Assembly (NCBI RefSeq): GCF_000015585.1 | Contig: NC_008789.1 | Span: 1,620,001 to 1,652,000, forward strand | Direction of reading: 5' to 3' | Length of the DNA stretch: 32,000 nt | DNA from: Halorhodospira halophila SL1 | Lineage (GTDB): Bacteria; Pseudomonadota; Gammaproteobacteria; Nitrococcales; Halorhodospiraceae | Shown here: piece by piece, positions 1 through 9,120 of the stretch | Numbering within the stretch: the stretch's first letter is position 1 | Layout of the letters: every line of letters begins with the position of its first letter | Program-made: the position numbers and the translations under genes | Notes under the pieces: generated by a model | Database searches by the model: none | What the model saw: only the letters and a program-made list of their open reading frames with translations | What the model was told of the DNA's origin: nothing

Positions 1-1
1 C

Positions 2-1039
2 GATGTCGTACCCCCGGGCGATTACAGTTTGTGGCAGGACGAACCCTTCTCCGGGGTCACCCGTGGCGACCGTGTCTTTGGCTGCGGCGCCTCGGACATG
101 AAGGCCGGCCTGGTGGCCGCGCTGGCCGCCTTCGAGGCCTTCGCCGAGGGCAACCGCCATTTCCCCGGTCGGGTCATTTTCGCCGCCGTCCCAGCCGAAG
201 AGGACAGTGGCCTGGGCACCCTGGCCGCCATCCGCGGCAACTGGCGCGCCGATGCCTGTATCATCCCCGAGCCAACGGTGCAGCACGGCGTCCCGGAGCT
301 GGTCGTCGCCCACGCCGGCGCCATGTCTCTGCGGATCCGGGTACCCGGTCAAGCGGCGCACGCCAGCAAACGCCTTCAGGGGGAGAGCGCGCTGGATCAC
401 TTTTTCACCCTCTATCAGGCCATGCGGGCGGATGAGCAGGCCCTGAACGCCGCCGAGCAGCACCCCCTGATGACTGTGCACCCGCTGCCCTACGCCACCA
501 ACGTAGGCACGATCCGCGGCGGACTGTGGTCATCGTCAGTGATGGACTCGCTGGAGGCCCTCGTCCGCGTCGGTGTCCCCTTGGGCACAACCATCGAGGA
601 GGCCGAGGCCCGCTTTCGCCGTGCCATCGCCGAGGCGATCCGCGACGACCCTTGGCTATCCCGCAACCCGCCCGAGATCCGCCGCCTGGCTTCGGGGTTC
701 GGCTCGGCGCAGATCGACCCGAACCACACCCTGGTCCGCACCCTGGCCGAAGCCGCCGAGGAGGAGTTCCGTCAGGAGCCGCGCATCGCCGCAGCCCCCT
801 ACGGCTGTGACATGTCCGGCTGGGTCCGCCTGGCCGGGGTGCCGACGGTCATTTACGGCCCCGGCGACATCGACGAGGCCCACGCGCCCAACGAATCCGT
901 CTCCCTTGAGACGACCTGCCGGGTCGCTCGCACCCTGGTGCGCACCACCGAACGACTCCTTGAGGCCGGTGTCGAGGGCCTGGGCTCAACGGGCCACCCC
1001 GAACCGGCTGCCCCCGGACACAACCGGAGTCACGACTGA
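2..1039 (+). CDS. M20 family metallopeptidase / ArgE-DapE-type deacylase (5' end lies outside the window)
   Basis: The frame is open from nt 2 (DVVPPGDYSLWQDEPFSG...), so the gene starts upstream of the window. The 'GCGASDMKAGLVAALAAFEAF' motif and the C-terminal 'YGPGDIDEAHAPNESVSLE' are typical of ArgE/DapE/M20 enzymes. It is the longest ORF in this region and shows GC3-rich codon usage. Confidence 0.8.
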   Translation, partial: DVVPPGDYSLWQDEPFSGVTRGDRVFGCGASDMKAGLVAALAAFEAFAEGNRHFPGRVIFAAVPAEEDSGLGTLAAIRGNWRADACIIPEPTVQHGVPELVVAHAGAMSLRIRVPGQAAHASKRLQGESALDHFFTLYQAMRADEQALNAAEQHPLMTVHPLPYATNVGTIRGGLWSSSVMDSLEALVRVGVPLGTTIEEAEARFRRAIAEAIRDDPWLSRNPPEIRRLASGFGSAQIDPNHTLVRTLAEAAEEEFRQEPRIAAAPYGCDMSGWVRLAGVPTVIYGPGDIDEAHAPNESVSLETTCRVARTLVRTTERLLEAGVEGLGSTGHPEPAAPGHNRSHD

Positions 1040-1042
1040 CCC

Positions 1043-3079
1043 ATGCGCATCGTCGAGGACTTCCCAGAGGCGATCCGGGTGATCGAGAACCTATGGATCC
1101 CGATGCGCGACGGGATCCGCCTGGCGGCCCGCGTATGGCTGCCCGAAGGGGCCGAACAGACGCCGGTACCGGCGATCCTCGAGTACATGCCGTACCGCAA
1201 GCGCGATTTCACCCGACTGCGCGATGAGCCGCTGCACCACTACTTCGCTGGGCACGGCTACGCCTCGATACGGCTGGATCTGCGCGGCACCGGCGACTCC
1301 GAAGGCGTGGTGCTGGATGAGTACCTGGCGCAGGAGCAGGACGATGCGGTGGACGCCATCGCCTGGATCCGCGAGCAGCCCTGGTGCGACGGCGGCGTCG
1401 GCATGATGGGCCTCTCCTGGGGCGGTTTCAACGCCTTGCAGGTCGCCGCACGACGCCCGGCCGGGCTCCGGGCCATCCTGACCCTGTGCTCCACCGACGA
1501 CCGGTACGCCGACGACGCCCACTACAAGGGCGGCTGCCTGCTCAATGAGAACCTGACCTGGGGATCGAGCTTCTTCAGCCTGGCAGCCTGGCCCCCGGAC
1601 CCGGCCATTGCCGGCGCCGACTGGCGGGCCATATGGCAGCAAAGGCTCGATCACCTGCGCCTGTTCCCGGCGGTGTGGATGCGACACCCGCACCGCGATG
1701 ACTACTGGCGCCACGGCTCGGTCTGTGAGGACTACGCTGCCATCGAGTGCGCCGTCTATGCGGTGGGCGGCTGGTCCGACGGCTACGTGAACGCCATCCC
1801 GCGCCTGATGGCCGGTTTGACCTGCCCGCGCAAGGGGCTGATCGGCCCCTGGCCCCACGCTTTCCCCCACGCCGCGGTGCCCGGGCCGCGCATCGGCATG
1901 TTCCAGGAGGCCGTGCGCTGGTGGGACCACTGGCTCAAGGACGCAGAGACCGGGATCATGGATGAACCCATGCTCCGAGTCTGGTTGGAGGAGTGGGTTC
2001 GCCCTTCGCCGCACCTCGCCTACCGGCCCGGGCGCTGGGTCGCCGAGGCGCAGTGGCCCTCCCGGCGCATCCGACCGCGGCGTTGGCACCTGAACGTCGG
2101 CGCCCTGGGAGAGGCCCCCGATACCCCCGAGGACGCGGTGCGCGTGCGCTCGCCGCAGACCACCGGACTCAAGGGCGGCGAGTTCTACGGCTACGGCGCC
2201 GAGGGCGAAGGGCCGCTGGATCAGCGCGAGGACGACGGCAAATCCCTGGTCTTCGACTCCGATCCGCTATCCCAGCGGCTAGAGATCCTCGGCAGCCCCG
2301 AGGTCAACCTGGCGTTCACCGTGGACCGCCCGGTGGCGATGGCCGTCGTGCGTCTCAACGACGTGGCGCCGGACGGCACGTCCGCCCGGGTGACCTACGG
2401 TGCGCTCAATCTCTGCCACCGGGAAGGCCACGCCAACCCCCGCCCCCTCCAGCCGGGCACACGGTACCGGGTACGCATCCCGCTGAACGACATCGCCTAC
2501 GCCTTCCCCGCTGGCCACACGGTCCGGATCAGCATCTCAACCGCTTACTGGCCGCTGATCTGGCCGTCGCCCGAGTCCGTCGCCCTGACCGTCCATACCG
2601 GCGCCAGCACCCTGACACTCCCAGAACGGCCGCCCGACCCGGCAGACGAGGCACTGCCCCCGTTCGCACCGCCCGAACGCGGGCCGGGGGCAGAACCCAC
2701 GGCCCTGGAGTGGGTCGATCCCCACCGTACGGTGGCCCAAGACCTGACCACCAACGAGACGATCTACACCACCTTTGGCGACGCCGCCGACCTGGAGGGG
2801 GCCGCCCTCGCCCGGCTCGAGGAGATCGACCTGGCCGTGGGCCACACCATCCGCAGGTCCTTCCGCATCAACGAGTCCGACCCCCTTTCGGCTCAGGCCC
2901 TGATCGAGCTGGACGCCCGCCTGCACCGCACGGGCTGGGACGTGCGCATCGAATGCCAGACCCGTATGAGCGCAACTGTCGAGCACTTTCGGGTCAGCGC
3001 TGAGCTGGAGGTGTTCGAGAATGGGGAACGCATCTTCCACCGCCACTACGATGAATGGATCCCGCGGCAGCTGCTTTAG
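1043..3079 (+). CDS. CocE/NonD family hydrolase (S15 X-Pro dipeptidyl-peptidase-like alpha/beta hydrolase)
   Basis: 678-aa ORF starting 3 nt after the M20 stop. The N-terminus 'IPMRDGIRLAARVWLPEG...PAILEYMPYRKRD...DLRGTGDSEG' and the nucleophile-elbow region 'GMMGLSWGG' are hallmarks of CocE/NonD enzymes. Confidence 0.8.
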   Translation: MRIVEDFPEAIRVIENLWIPMRDGIRLAARVWLPEGAEQTPVPAILEYMPYRKRDFTRLRDEPLHHYFAGHGYASIRLDLRGTGDSEGVVLDEYLAQEQDDAVDAIAWIREQPWCDGGVGMMGLSWGGFNALQVAARRPAGLRAILTLCSTDDRYADDAHYKGGCLLNENLTWGSSFFSLAAWPPDPAIAGADWRAIWQQRLDHLRLFPAVWMRHPHRDDYWRHGSVCEDYAAIECAVYAVGGWSDGYVNAIPRLMAGLTCPRKGLIGPWPHAFPHAAVPGPRIGMFQEAVRWWDHWLKDAETGIMDEPMLRVWLEEWVRPSPHLAYRPGRWVAEAQWPSRRIRPRRWHLNVGALGEAPDTPEDAVRVRSPQTTGLKGGEFYGYGAEGEGPLDQREDDGKSLVFDSDPLSQRLEILGSPEVNLAFTVDRPVAMAVVRLNDVAPDGTSARVTYGALNLCHREGHANPRPLQPGTRYRVRIPLNDIAYAFPAGHTVRISISTAYWPLIWPSPESVALTVHTGASTLTLPERPPDPADEALPPFAPPERGPGAEPTALEWVDPHRTVAQDLTTNETIYTTFGDAADLEGAALARLEEIDLAVGHTIRRSFRINESDPLSAQALIELDARLHRTGWDVRIECQTRMSATVEHFRVSAELEVFENGERIFHRHYDEWIPRQLL

Positions 3080-4131
3080 TCGCGACGGCCGATTACCCGG
3101 CCACTGGCCGCATAGCGGTCCAGGGCAGCCCGGACAATCCGTTCCAGCAAGTCGGCGTAGGAGTAGCCTGCATACCCAGCCATCATCGCCAACTTGCCGT
3201 CCGGTCCCCAGGAGGGGTGGTTGTTGAAATCGAGCAGGCGGGGCACGCCCCGCAGGTCCTCGCGGAAGTCCACCCGGGCGTAGTCCCGGGCTCCAACCCG
3301 GGCAAACAGGCGCCGGGCCGCGACCTCCATAGCGGAGCGTTTCTCTTCGCTCAGTTGCGCCGGGGCAAAGCGCAAGGCCTGGTAATACGGGGAGGCGGGA
3401 TCGACCTTGGAGCCGTAGGAGAGGATCGGCGGCAGCTCCGGCGGCAGCGCTGTGTAGTCGACCACCAGGGCCGGTAACACCAGCAACCCGGTAGCCGGAT
3501 TGCCGACCAACCCCACCGTGTACTCGGCGCCAGGCAAGTACTCTTGAGCAAGCACCCAGGCGGCCCCCGAGCCTGCCAGCCGACGCAGGTAGGCCTGCGC
3601 CTGGTGGGCGTCCTCGACCACGCAATCCGGCTCCATGCCGATGCTGCCGCAGCCGTCGTTCGGCTTGATCACCGCCGGATAACGCTCGGGTAGAGCCGGG
3701 GTTGGGTCGCTGAGGTCGATGGTGCGCTCCTCCGGCACCGCTACCCCCAGCGAGGCGGCCAGGGCACGGACCGCCGCCTTGTCCCGGCTCAGGCCCATAG
3801 CAGCCCCCCCGGTACCGGTGTAGGGGATCTCGAACAGCTCCAGCAACGCCGGGATATTCGCCTCGAGTTCCAGTCGATTGCAGTAGCCGTTATCGCACAG
3901 ATTTACGGCCAGCTCTGGGGGGTCGGCGCGCAGATCGTCGATCAGCCGCTCGTGGTCGTCGAATACGCGCAGGGTCACCCCGGGCAGCGCCGCCAGCACC
4001 CGCCGGGCCTCCGCGGCTGCCTCCAGCTCCTGGGGGCCGATCCGCCCGTAGGGACCGTAGGCGTAGGGCAGACGCGGGTCGCCAAAGAGAACACCGAGGC
4101 GCAGGGGGGCGGGTACATTCACAGTGGGCAC
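3076..4131 (-). CDS. D-alanine--D-alanine ligase-like ATP-grasp enzyme
   Basis: 351-aa ORF. The N-terminal 'LRLGVLFGD' pre-ATP-grasp region, 'IPYTGTGGAAMGLSRDKAAVRALAASLGVAVPE', 'PAVIKPNDGCGSIGM' and 'ARVDFRED...LLDFNNHPSWG' fit Ddl-family ATP-grasp architecture. Its stop overlaps the convergent CocE/NonD stop. Confidence 0.7.
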   Translation of the reverse strand: MPTVNVPAPLRLGVLFGDPRLPYAYGPYGRIGPQELEAAAEARRVLAALPGVTLRVFDDHERLIDDLRADPPELAVNLCDNGYCNRLELEANIPALLELFEIPYTGTGGAAMGLSRDKAAVRALAASLGVAVPEERTIDLSDPTPALPERYPAVIKPNDGCGSIGMEPDCVVEDAHQAQAYLRRLAGSGAAWVLAQEYLPGAEYTVGLVGNPATGLLVLPALVVDYTALPPELPPILSYGSKVDPASPYYQALRFAPAQLSEEKRSAMEVAARRLFARVGARDYARVDFREDLRGVPRLLDFNNHPSWGPDGKLAMMAGYAGYSYADLLERIVRAALDRYAASGRVIGRRD

Positions 4132-4284
4132 GCTCCAAACAGCCAGAAAGGCGCGCGGCGCGCCCTTTGCTAAACCTAGCAGGCGCTCGCACGGTCCACA
4201 GCAAGTGTTATGCTCTTAACGGTTATGGTCGAATGGTCATCAGATCCATCACCACCTAGTCGCACTCACCTGGAGCCGGCACGG

Positions 4285-5094
4285 ATGACCCGACATCCCC
4301 GTTCTCTCACATGTTGGCTACTGGGGCTCGGCGCTCTACTCCTGATCGCGAAATCTACAGCGACCTCGGCGTTTGCCAAGGATGACCTAGCTGACACGAT
4401 CGAATCGATCACACCTTCCGTAGTGGGGGTTGGCACCCATGCCCCGACGCGCAATCCCCGCGTTGATTTCCGGGGGACCGGCTTTGTCATCGCAGACGGC
4501 AATGCAGTGCTGACCAACCAACACGTCCTCCCCGAGACCCTGGATGAAGAGCGCCGGGAAAGCCTGATCGTTCTGGTCGGTGAGCCGGGGTCGCCCGATA
4601 TACGCACCGCAGAGCCCGTGGCCCGTTCCAGGGCCCACGATCTGGCCATCCTGCGCATCGAAGGCGATCCACTCCCGGCTCTGAACATCGGCGACCCGAA
4701 CGACTTGCGCCCCGGCAACCAGGTGGCCTACACCGGCTTCCCGATTGGCATGGTGATCGGTTTCTATCCGGTGACGCACACCGCGATCATCTCTGCGCGC
4801 ACCCCCTTGGCATTGCCGGCACAACGAGACGATCAACTGGACCCCGGACAGGTGGCGCGGCTTCGCCGGGAAGAGCCGCCGATGGTGTTCCAGCTCGACG
4901 GCACCGCCTATCCGGGCAACAGCGGCAGCCCGGTTTACGACATCAGCACCGGACAGGTCTATGCCGTGCTAAACAAGGTATTTGTTCAGGGTGGGCGTGA
5001 AGCGGCCGTGCGCGAACCGAGTGGTATCAGCTACGCGATTCCACTCGATCTAGCCGAGTCGCTGGTCGAAGAGTACGAGCACGAATTCCGTTAA
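4285..5094 (+). CDS. secreted trypsin-like (S1/DegP-type, no PDZ) serine protease
   Basis: The ATG at 4285 is preceded by GGAG and followed by a signal-peptide-like 'MTRHPRSLTCWLLGLGALLLIAKSTATSAFA'. Catalytic-triad context is present: 'LTNQHVL' (His), 'AHDLAILRI' (Asp) and 'GNSGSPVYD' (Ser). The track's longer start (4210) adds a non-signal-like extension. Confidence 0.75.
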   Translation: MTRHPRSLTCWLLGLGALLLIAKSTATSAFAKDDLADTIESITPSVVGVGTHAPTRNPRVDFRGTGFVIADGNAVLTNQHVLPETLDEERRESLIVLVGEPGSPDIRTAEPVARSRAHDLAILRIEGDPLPALNIGDPNDLRPGNQVAYTGFPIGMVIGFYPVTHTAIISARTPLALPAQRDDQLDPGQVARLRREEPPMVFQLDGTAYPGNSGSPVYDISTGQVYAVLNKVFVQGGREAAVREPSGISYAIPLDLAESLVEEYEHEFR

Positions 5095-5103
5095 CCGGTC
5101 CCG

Positions 5104-7032
5104 GTGCGCTTCCTAAGCTGGAAAAGGCAATCGCCCGCCCCCGCTGCGGACGAGCCCAGTTCACAGGGCGTATCGCTGGACCGCGAAGCCAACGAGCGCC
5201 TAGAGCAGTGGTCCCGGGCGGTACGTCGGGTACGCGTCTCCCGCTCACTGCTGAGCCTGGCCTGGACCGCCGGCCCGGTGACGGGGCTCGGCTTGACCGG
5301 CGGCTACTGGGTTGCCTATGGCCAGCCACCCCACACCCAGCTGCTGATCTATTTCACCACCTTCACGGTGCTCTCCGGGCTGATCGGTCTGCTCGCCAAG
5401 ATCGTCTACGACAGCACCTGGGGGCCCGCCCAGGAACGCGCCGAGGCCGAGGTATCCAGCGCCATCGACCACCTCGGCGACCTGATCCTGGCCAGCCGCG
5501 ATCTTCACGTCGCCGGCCTGAGCGGCCACGCGCGACGCAGCGAGGCGGCGCGCCAGCTTCTGCGCCGCGTCGACCTCTCCCCGGCCGGGATCGGCCTGGC
5601 CTGCCAGGATCTCACCGGGGACCGCCAGCTCGGCGAGATCCTGGCACGCATCGAGAGCTACCGCCGCTCGGGCCTTTTCACCCGCATCCGGGATCTCAAC
5701 GCCCAGCACGAGGAGCTCTTCGATGCCGCCTACCAGCAGATCCGTGGCGAGGCGCCGCTGGCAGCGAACGCGCTGCGCGAACGGTTCCTCGGCGAAGTCC
5801 CCCAGCTGCGCGCGGGCATCCAGCGCAATGAGGCGTTCATCGAGCGCGTGCTGGCCGGCTTCGAGGAAGACAATCCGCTGCTGATCACCATGGGCGACGT
5901 CGAGGATATGCTCGGTCTCGCCTTCGAACTGATCAATGGGCGCGAGATTCCCATCCTCACCTTTACCTACCGTGGCCGCTGGCAGCTCGCCCGCGCGCTG
6001 GAAGCCCTGGAGACCACCCGCAGTCGCTATCGTCTAGCCCAGGCGGCCAGCGACAACCGAATCCGCGCCCTGGCGGCCTGGCTGATCGAGGCCAACGCCC
6101 TGCCCTACGAGCTGGTCCCCGAGGAGCTTCCCCCGAACAAGCTGCTGGAACGCGTCATAGCGGCCATGGATGACCTGCAGATGCGCATCGACCGGCTCCA
6201 GGCCCTGGAGCAGCGCCGCGCCCTGGACCGCGCCAGCCGCGAACGGCTGGCGCGCACGGCCGACACCCTAAGCACCGCCTTATCTCTGTATCGCTCGGCC
6301 CGCGAGGCCCTGGTGACCCTGGGCAACGCCCACGCCGAACTGCTCAAGGCCACCGAACGCTGGAACGACCTCGCCAGCGCCCTGCCCGGCGATCCACAAC
6401 GGCTGCGCACCGACCGAGGCGGCCGTGGATTGCGCATTGTCGAGCGGACCATCTCCCTGGAAGAGGACGCCAAACAGACCGTCTGCCAACAACTTATGCG
6501 CCACCTCAGGGACGAGGGGCTGGAGTGGCTGCGCTCAGATCCGCAGGGTCGCCACAACAGGGAACACCTGCGCAACCTGACCCCCCAGCGCGCCCGCCAC
6601 CTGGCCGTTGAGACCGCACTGGCCCTGGAGCCCCATATCCAGCTTTCGCGCCCGGAGGTGCAGCGCGGCCTGGGGGCCACCAACGCCAGCTACCTTGGTG
6701 GGCTTGAACCGGGCATGAGCGCCCGGGAGAAACGCGACCTCGGCGAGGCCATGGCGGCCAGCGTCGAGGAGGACCTGAGTCGCTCCGCTGAACAGCTGGC
6801 CCTGGCGCTGGTGCGCCACTACCACGTGGAACTCACCGAAGACGGCCGGCAGTTCCTGACCGAGACCTACGGCGCCCGTGAACGGGTCCTGGCGACCATC
6901 TCCCGCGGCCAGCAACTCAGTGAGCAGGCCAGCCAGGTGAGCCTACTGAGCCGACGCCCGACACCGGTCCCCCTGCCCCGCCGCGACTGGTACCGCAGCC
7001 TGGTCCGCGCCCGGCGCTCACTTCGGCGCTAA
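5104..7032 (+). CDS. hypothetical membrane-anchored, largely alpha-helical/coiled-coil protein (no family recognised)
   Basis: 642-aa ORF with a GTG start 9 nt after the protease stop. Two predicted TM helices lie near the N-terminus (LLSLAWTAGPVTGLGLTGGYWVAY; LLIYFTTFTVLSGLIGLLAKIVY). They are followed by about 530 aa rich in R/E/L/A heptad-like segments. Codon usage is GC3-rich, and the antisense ORFs in this region are much shorter. Confidence 0.6.
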   Translation: MRFLSWKRQSPAPAADEPSSQGVSLDREANERLEQWSRAVRRVRVSRSLLSLAWTAGPVTGLGLTGGYWVAYGQPPHTQLLIYFTTFTVLSGLIGLLAKIVYDSTWGPAQERAEAEVSSAIDHLGDLILASRDLHVAGLSGHARRSEAARQLLRRVDLSPAGIGLACQDLTGDRQLGEILARIESYRRSGLFTRIRDLNAQHEELFDAAYQQIRGEAPLAANALRERFLGEVPQLRAGIQRNEAFIERVLAGFEEDNPLLITMGDVEDMLGLAFELINGREIPILTFTYRGRWQLARALEALETTRSRYRLAQAASDNRIRALAAWLIEANALPYELVPEELPPNKLLERVIAAMDDLQMRIDRLQALEQRRALDRASRERLARTADTLSTALSLYRSAREALVTLGNAHAELLKATERWNDLASALPGDPQRLRTDRGGRGLRIVERTISLEEDAKQTVCQQLMRHLRDEGLEWLRSDPQGRHNREHLRNLTPQRARHLAVETALALEPHIQLSRPEVQRGLGATNASYLGGLEPGMSAREKRDLGEAMAASVEEDLSRSAEQLALALVRHYHVELTEDGRQFLTETYGARERVLATISRGQQLSEQASQVSLLSRRPTPVPLPRRDWYRSLVRARRSLRR

Positions 7033-7179
7033 CCGCGGCGATAAAGCGCACGGGGTGCGCGCCTGAGTCCCGCCCACCCCCCTCCAACACCGCCGGTTTC
7101 TTGAGCCACACTGATGGAAGTGTCTTTTTGTCCGGCCCCCGGGCCGGGCCCACCAGGCAGGCATGATGGAGTCGTCTCT

Positions 7180-8409
7180 ATGGAATGGGTGGAGCAACGA
7201 CTTGGCCAACGCATCCGCCGCGGAACCCTGGAGCTGCATTACGATGACGGCGAGCAGCGGGTCTACGGCGACGGTGGCCCACCGCACGGCGTCATGCGTC
7301 TCCACCGCCGTCGCACCCTGCGGCGGATCGCACTCGATCCGGAGTTCATGCTCGGTCAGACCTACATGGACGGCGACTGGAGCCCTGGTGAAGGCGGGCT
7401 CCTGTCTGTACTGGAGGTCCTCCTGCACAACTTTCCGCCGCCGCGGAACGGGGGCCTCAAGGGCTGGCTGATCTGGGCCTCGCGCCCGCTGCAGCAGTGG
7501 AACCGCGCAGCAGCCGCGCGGCGCAACGTCGCCTCCCATTACGACCTGGACGACTGGCTGTTCCAGAACTTCCTGGACACCGACATGCACTACTCCTGCG
7601 CCTATTTCCGGGATCCCGAGATGGATCTGGAATCGGCCCAGCGGGCCAAGGCCGCCCACATTCGTCACAAGCTCTGCCTGCGCCCGGGGGACCGAGTTCT
7701 GGACATCGGCTGCGGCTGGGGGTCGATGGCCATCCATCTGGCCCGGCACGAACAGGTGCAGGTGGTGGGCCTGACCCTCTCCCGCGAGCAGCAGCGTCTG
7801 GCCCAGGAGCGGGTCCGGCAGGCTGGCGTGGCCGATCGCGTCGAGATCCGGCTGCAAGACTACCGGGACGTCACCGGACCGTTCGAGCGCATCGTTAGCG
7901 TCGGCATGTTCGAGCACGTGGGCGTTCCCTTCTACGACACCTACTTCGACACCATCCGCCGACTGCTGACCGAGGACGGCGTGGCCCTGGTCCACAGCAT
8001 CGGACGTTTCAATCCGCCGGGGGTCACCAACCCATGGATCCGGCGCTATATCTTCCCGGGCGGCTACATCCCCGCCACCTCCGAGGTCATGGAGTCGGTA
8101 GAGCGGGTGGGAATCCGCACCACCGACATCGAGGTGCTGCGGTTGCACTACGCCTACACCCTGGCCCACTGGCAGAAGCGCTTTCAGCGCATCCGCGGGC
8201 GAGTGGCCGAGGCCAAGAGCGAGTCCTTTTGCCGCATGTGGGAGTTCTACCTCGCGGTCAGCGAGGCCGCCTTCCGCTGGCGCGGGATGATGGTCCTGCA
8301 GCTGCAGCTGGCGCGGCAGCAAGACGCAGTGCCTTTGACACGCGATTACCTTTACAGTGGGGAGCGCGAAGAGCGTCGATGGCCGGAGCCGTCACGCATT
8401 GCAAGTTAA
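7180..8409 (+). CDS. cfa: cyclopropane-fatty-acyl-phospholipid synthase family SAM-dependent methyltransferase
   Basis: The SAM-binding motif 'VLDIGCGWGSMAIHLA', plus 'HYDLDDWLFQNFLDTDMHYSCAYF', 'VSVGMFEHVG' and 'FCRMWEFYLAVSEAAF', are classic CFA/mycolic-acid-synthase family signatures. The start is placed at the in-frame ATG at 7180 (MEWVEQRL...). The track start at 7114 lies inside a small hairpin/T-run, so it remains only an alternative. Confidence 0.8.
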   Translation: MEWVEQRLGQRIRRGTLELHYDDGEQRVYGDGGPPHGVMRLHRRRTLRRIALDPEFMLGQTYMDGDWSPGEGGLLSVLEVLLHNFPPPRNGGLKGWLIWASRPLQQWNRAAAARRNVASHYDLDDWLFQNFLDTDMHYSCAYFRDPEMDLESAQRAKAAHIRHKLCLRPGDRVLDIGCGWGSMAIHLARHEQVQVVGLTLSREQQRLAQERVRQAGVADRVEIRLQDYRDVTGPFERIVSVGMFEHVGVPFYDTYFDTIRRLLTEDGVALVHSIGRFNPPGVTNPWIRRYIFPGGYIPATSEVMESVERVGIRTTDIEVLRLHYAYTLAHWQKRFQRIRGRVAEAKSESFCRMWEFYLAVSEAAFRWRGMMVLQLQLARQQDAVPLTRDYLYSGEREERRWPEPSRIAS

Positions 8410-8478
8410 GCCGTACCCGTCGAGCGGCCGGGCACGGAGCCGGCGGCGGCGGATCATCCGCCCCAGGAGACACGCACC

Positions 8479-8949
8479 ATGCCCGCATCCATCGCCAACA
8501 TCCTGTCCGATCAGGAGTTCTTCTCAGGGTTGGAGCGTGCCCACGTCGAGTTCCTGGCCGAATGCGCGGCTGCGCGCTCCTTGGAGCAGGACGAGGTCCT
8601 GTTCCGCAACGGCGACGCCGCGGACGCCTTCTACCTGATCCGCTCCGGCGGCGTCGTCCTCGAGGTCCCCGCCATCAGCGGGCCCACGCTGGAGGTTCAG
8701 CGCCTGGGGGCGGATCAGATCATCGGTTGGTCCTGGTTGATTCCTCCGTACCGCTGGAACTTCAACGCCCGCGCCGAGGACACCACCGAATTGCTGGTGT
8801 TTGACGGCGCGGCGGTTATCGCCCGCTGTGAGGCGGATCCGGCTTTTGGATACCAGATCCTGAAACGCTTTTCGGCGCTGATGTCGGAACGATTAGATGT
8901 GGCAAGACAGCGCATGATGGACCAGTGGAACCCTCCGGGGTTCGCTTGA
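8479..8949 (+). CDS. stand-alone cyclic-nucleotide-binding (cNMP/CAP-effector) domain protein, no HTH
   Basis: 156 aa, with AGGAG located 9 nt upstream of the ATG. 'FFSGLERAHVEFLAECAAARSLEQDEVLFRNGDAADAFYLIRSGGVVLEV' and 'GADQIIGWSWL' match the cNMP-binding beta-barrel. The protein ends soon after the C-helix, without a DNA-binding domain. Confidence 0.7.
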   Translation: MPASIANILSDQEFFSGLERAHVEFLAECAAARSLEQDEVLFRNGDAADAFYLIRSGGVVLEVPAISGPTLEVQRLGADQIIGWSWLIPPYRWNFNARAEDTTELLVFDGAAVIARCEADPAFGYQILKRFSALMSERLDVARQRMMDQWNPPGFA

Positions 8950-9120
8950 CACATTGTTTTCGGAGCAACCCATGGGCCGCGCGAATTCATGGTTACCCAC
9001 GGGGAACAACTGAGGGCGGCCCAGACTAGCGGTTTGCGGAGGTTATCGCTCCTCGGTACTGTGACGACGGGCCGGGGGTATGATTCGCCCTGATGGGGCT
9101 TTTCCATGGAGGTGTCCAGA

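Noticed and set aside
1091-2089. Long antisense or out-of-frame ORFs throughout the window, for example 1091-2089(-), 1993-3003(+), 2537-3625(-), 7018-8322(-), 8034-8804(+), 12376-13059(+), 13116-13907(+), 14885-15907(+), 16444-17160(+), 17028-17822(+), 20384-21634(+), 23471-24061(+), 26285-26956(+), 27116-27799(+), 28044-29009(+), 29616-30305(+)
   Set aside because: Their translations are Arg/Pro/Gly/Ala-rich low-complexity strings with no motifs, which is typical of stop-codon-poor alternative frames in high-GC DNA. Each is fully overlapped by an ORF with clear family signatures on the other strand or in another frame.
4147-4168. GC-rich imperfect palindrome aaaggcgcgcggcgcgcccttt in the divergent region between the ATP-grasp and protease genes
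   Set aside because: It lies upstream of both genes, so it is not a terminator. The stem needs a bulge, and I cannot link it to any known operator. It may be a regulator site, but the evidence is insufficient.
7107-7130. Small hairpin (acact-gatgga-agtgt) followed by TTTTT, as a terminator for the 5104-7032 gene; also the ATG at 7114 as the cfa start
   Set aside because: The stem is only 5 bp and AT-containing, too weak to call a terminator confidently. I used it only as mild support for placing the cfa-like start at 7180 rather than 7114.
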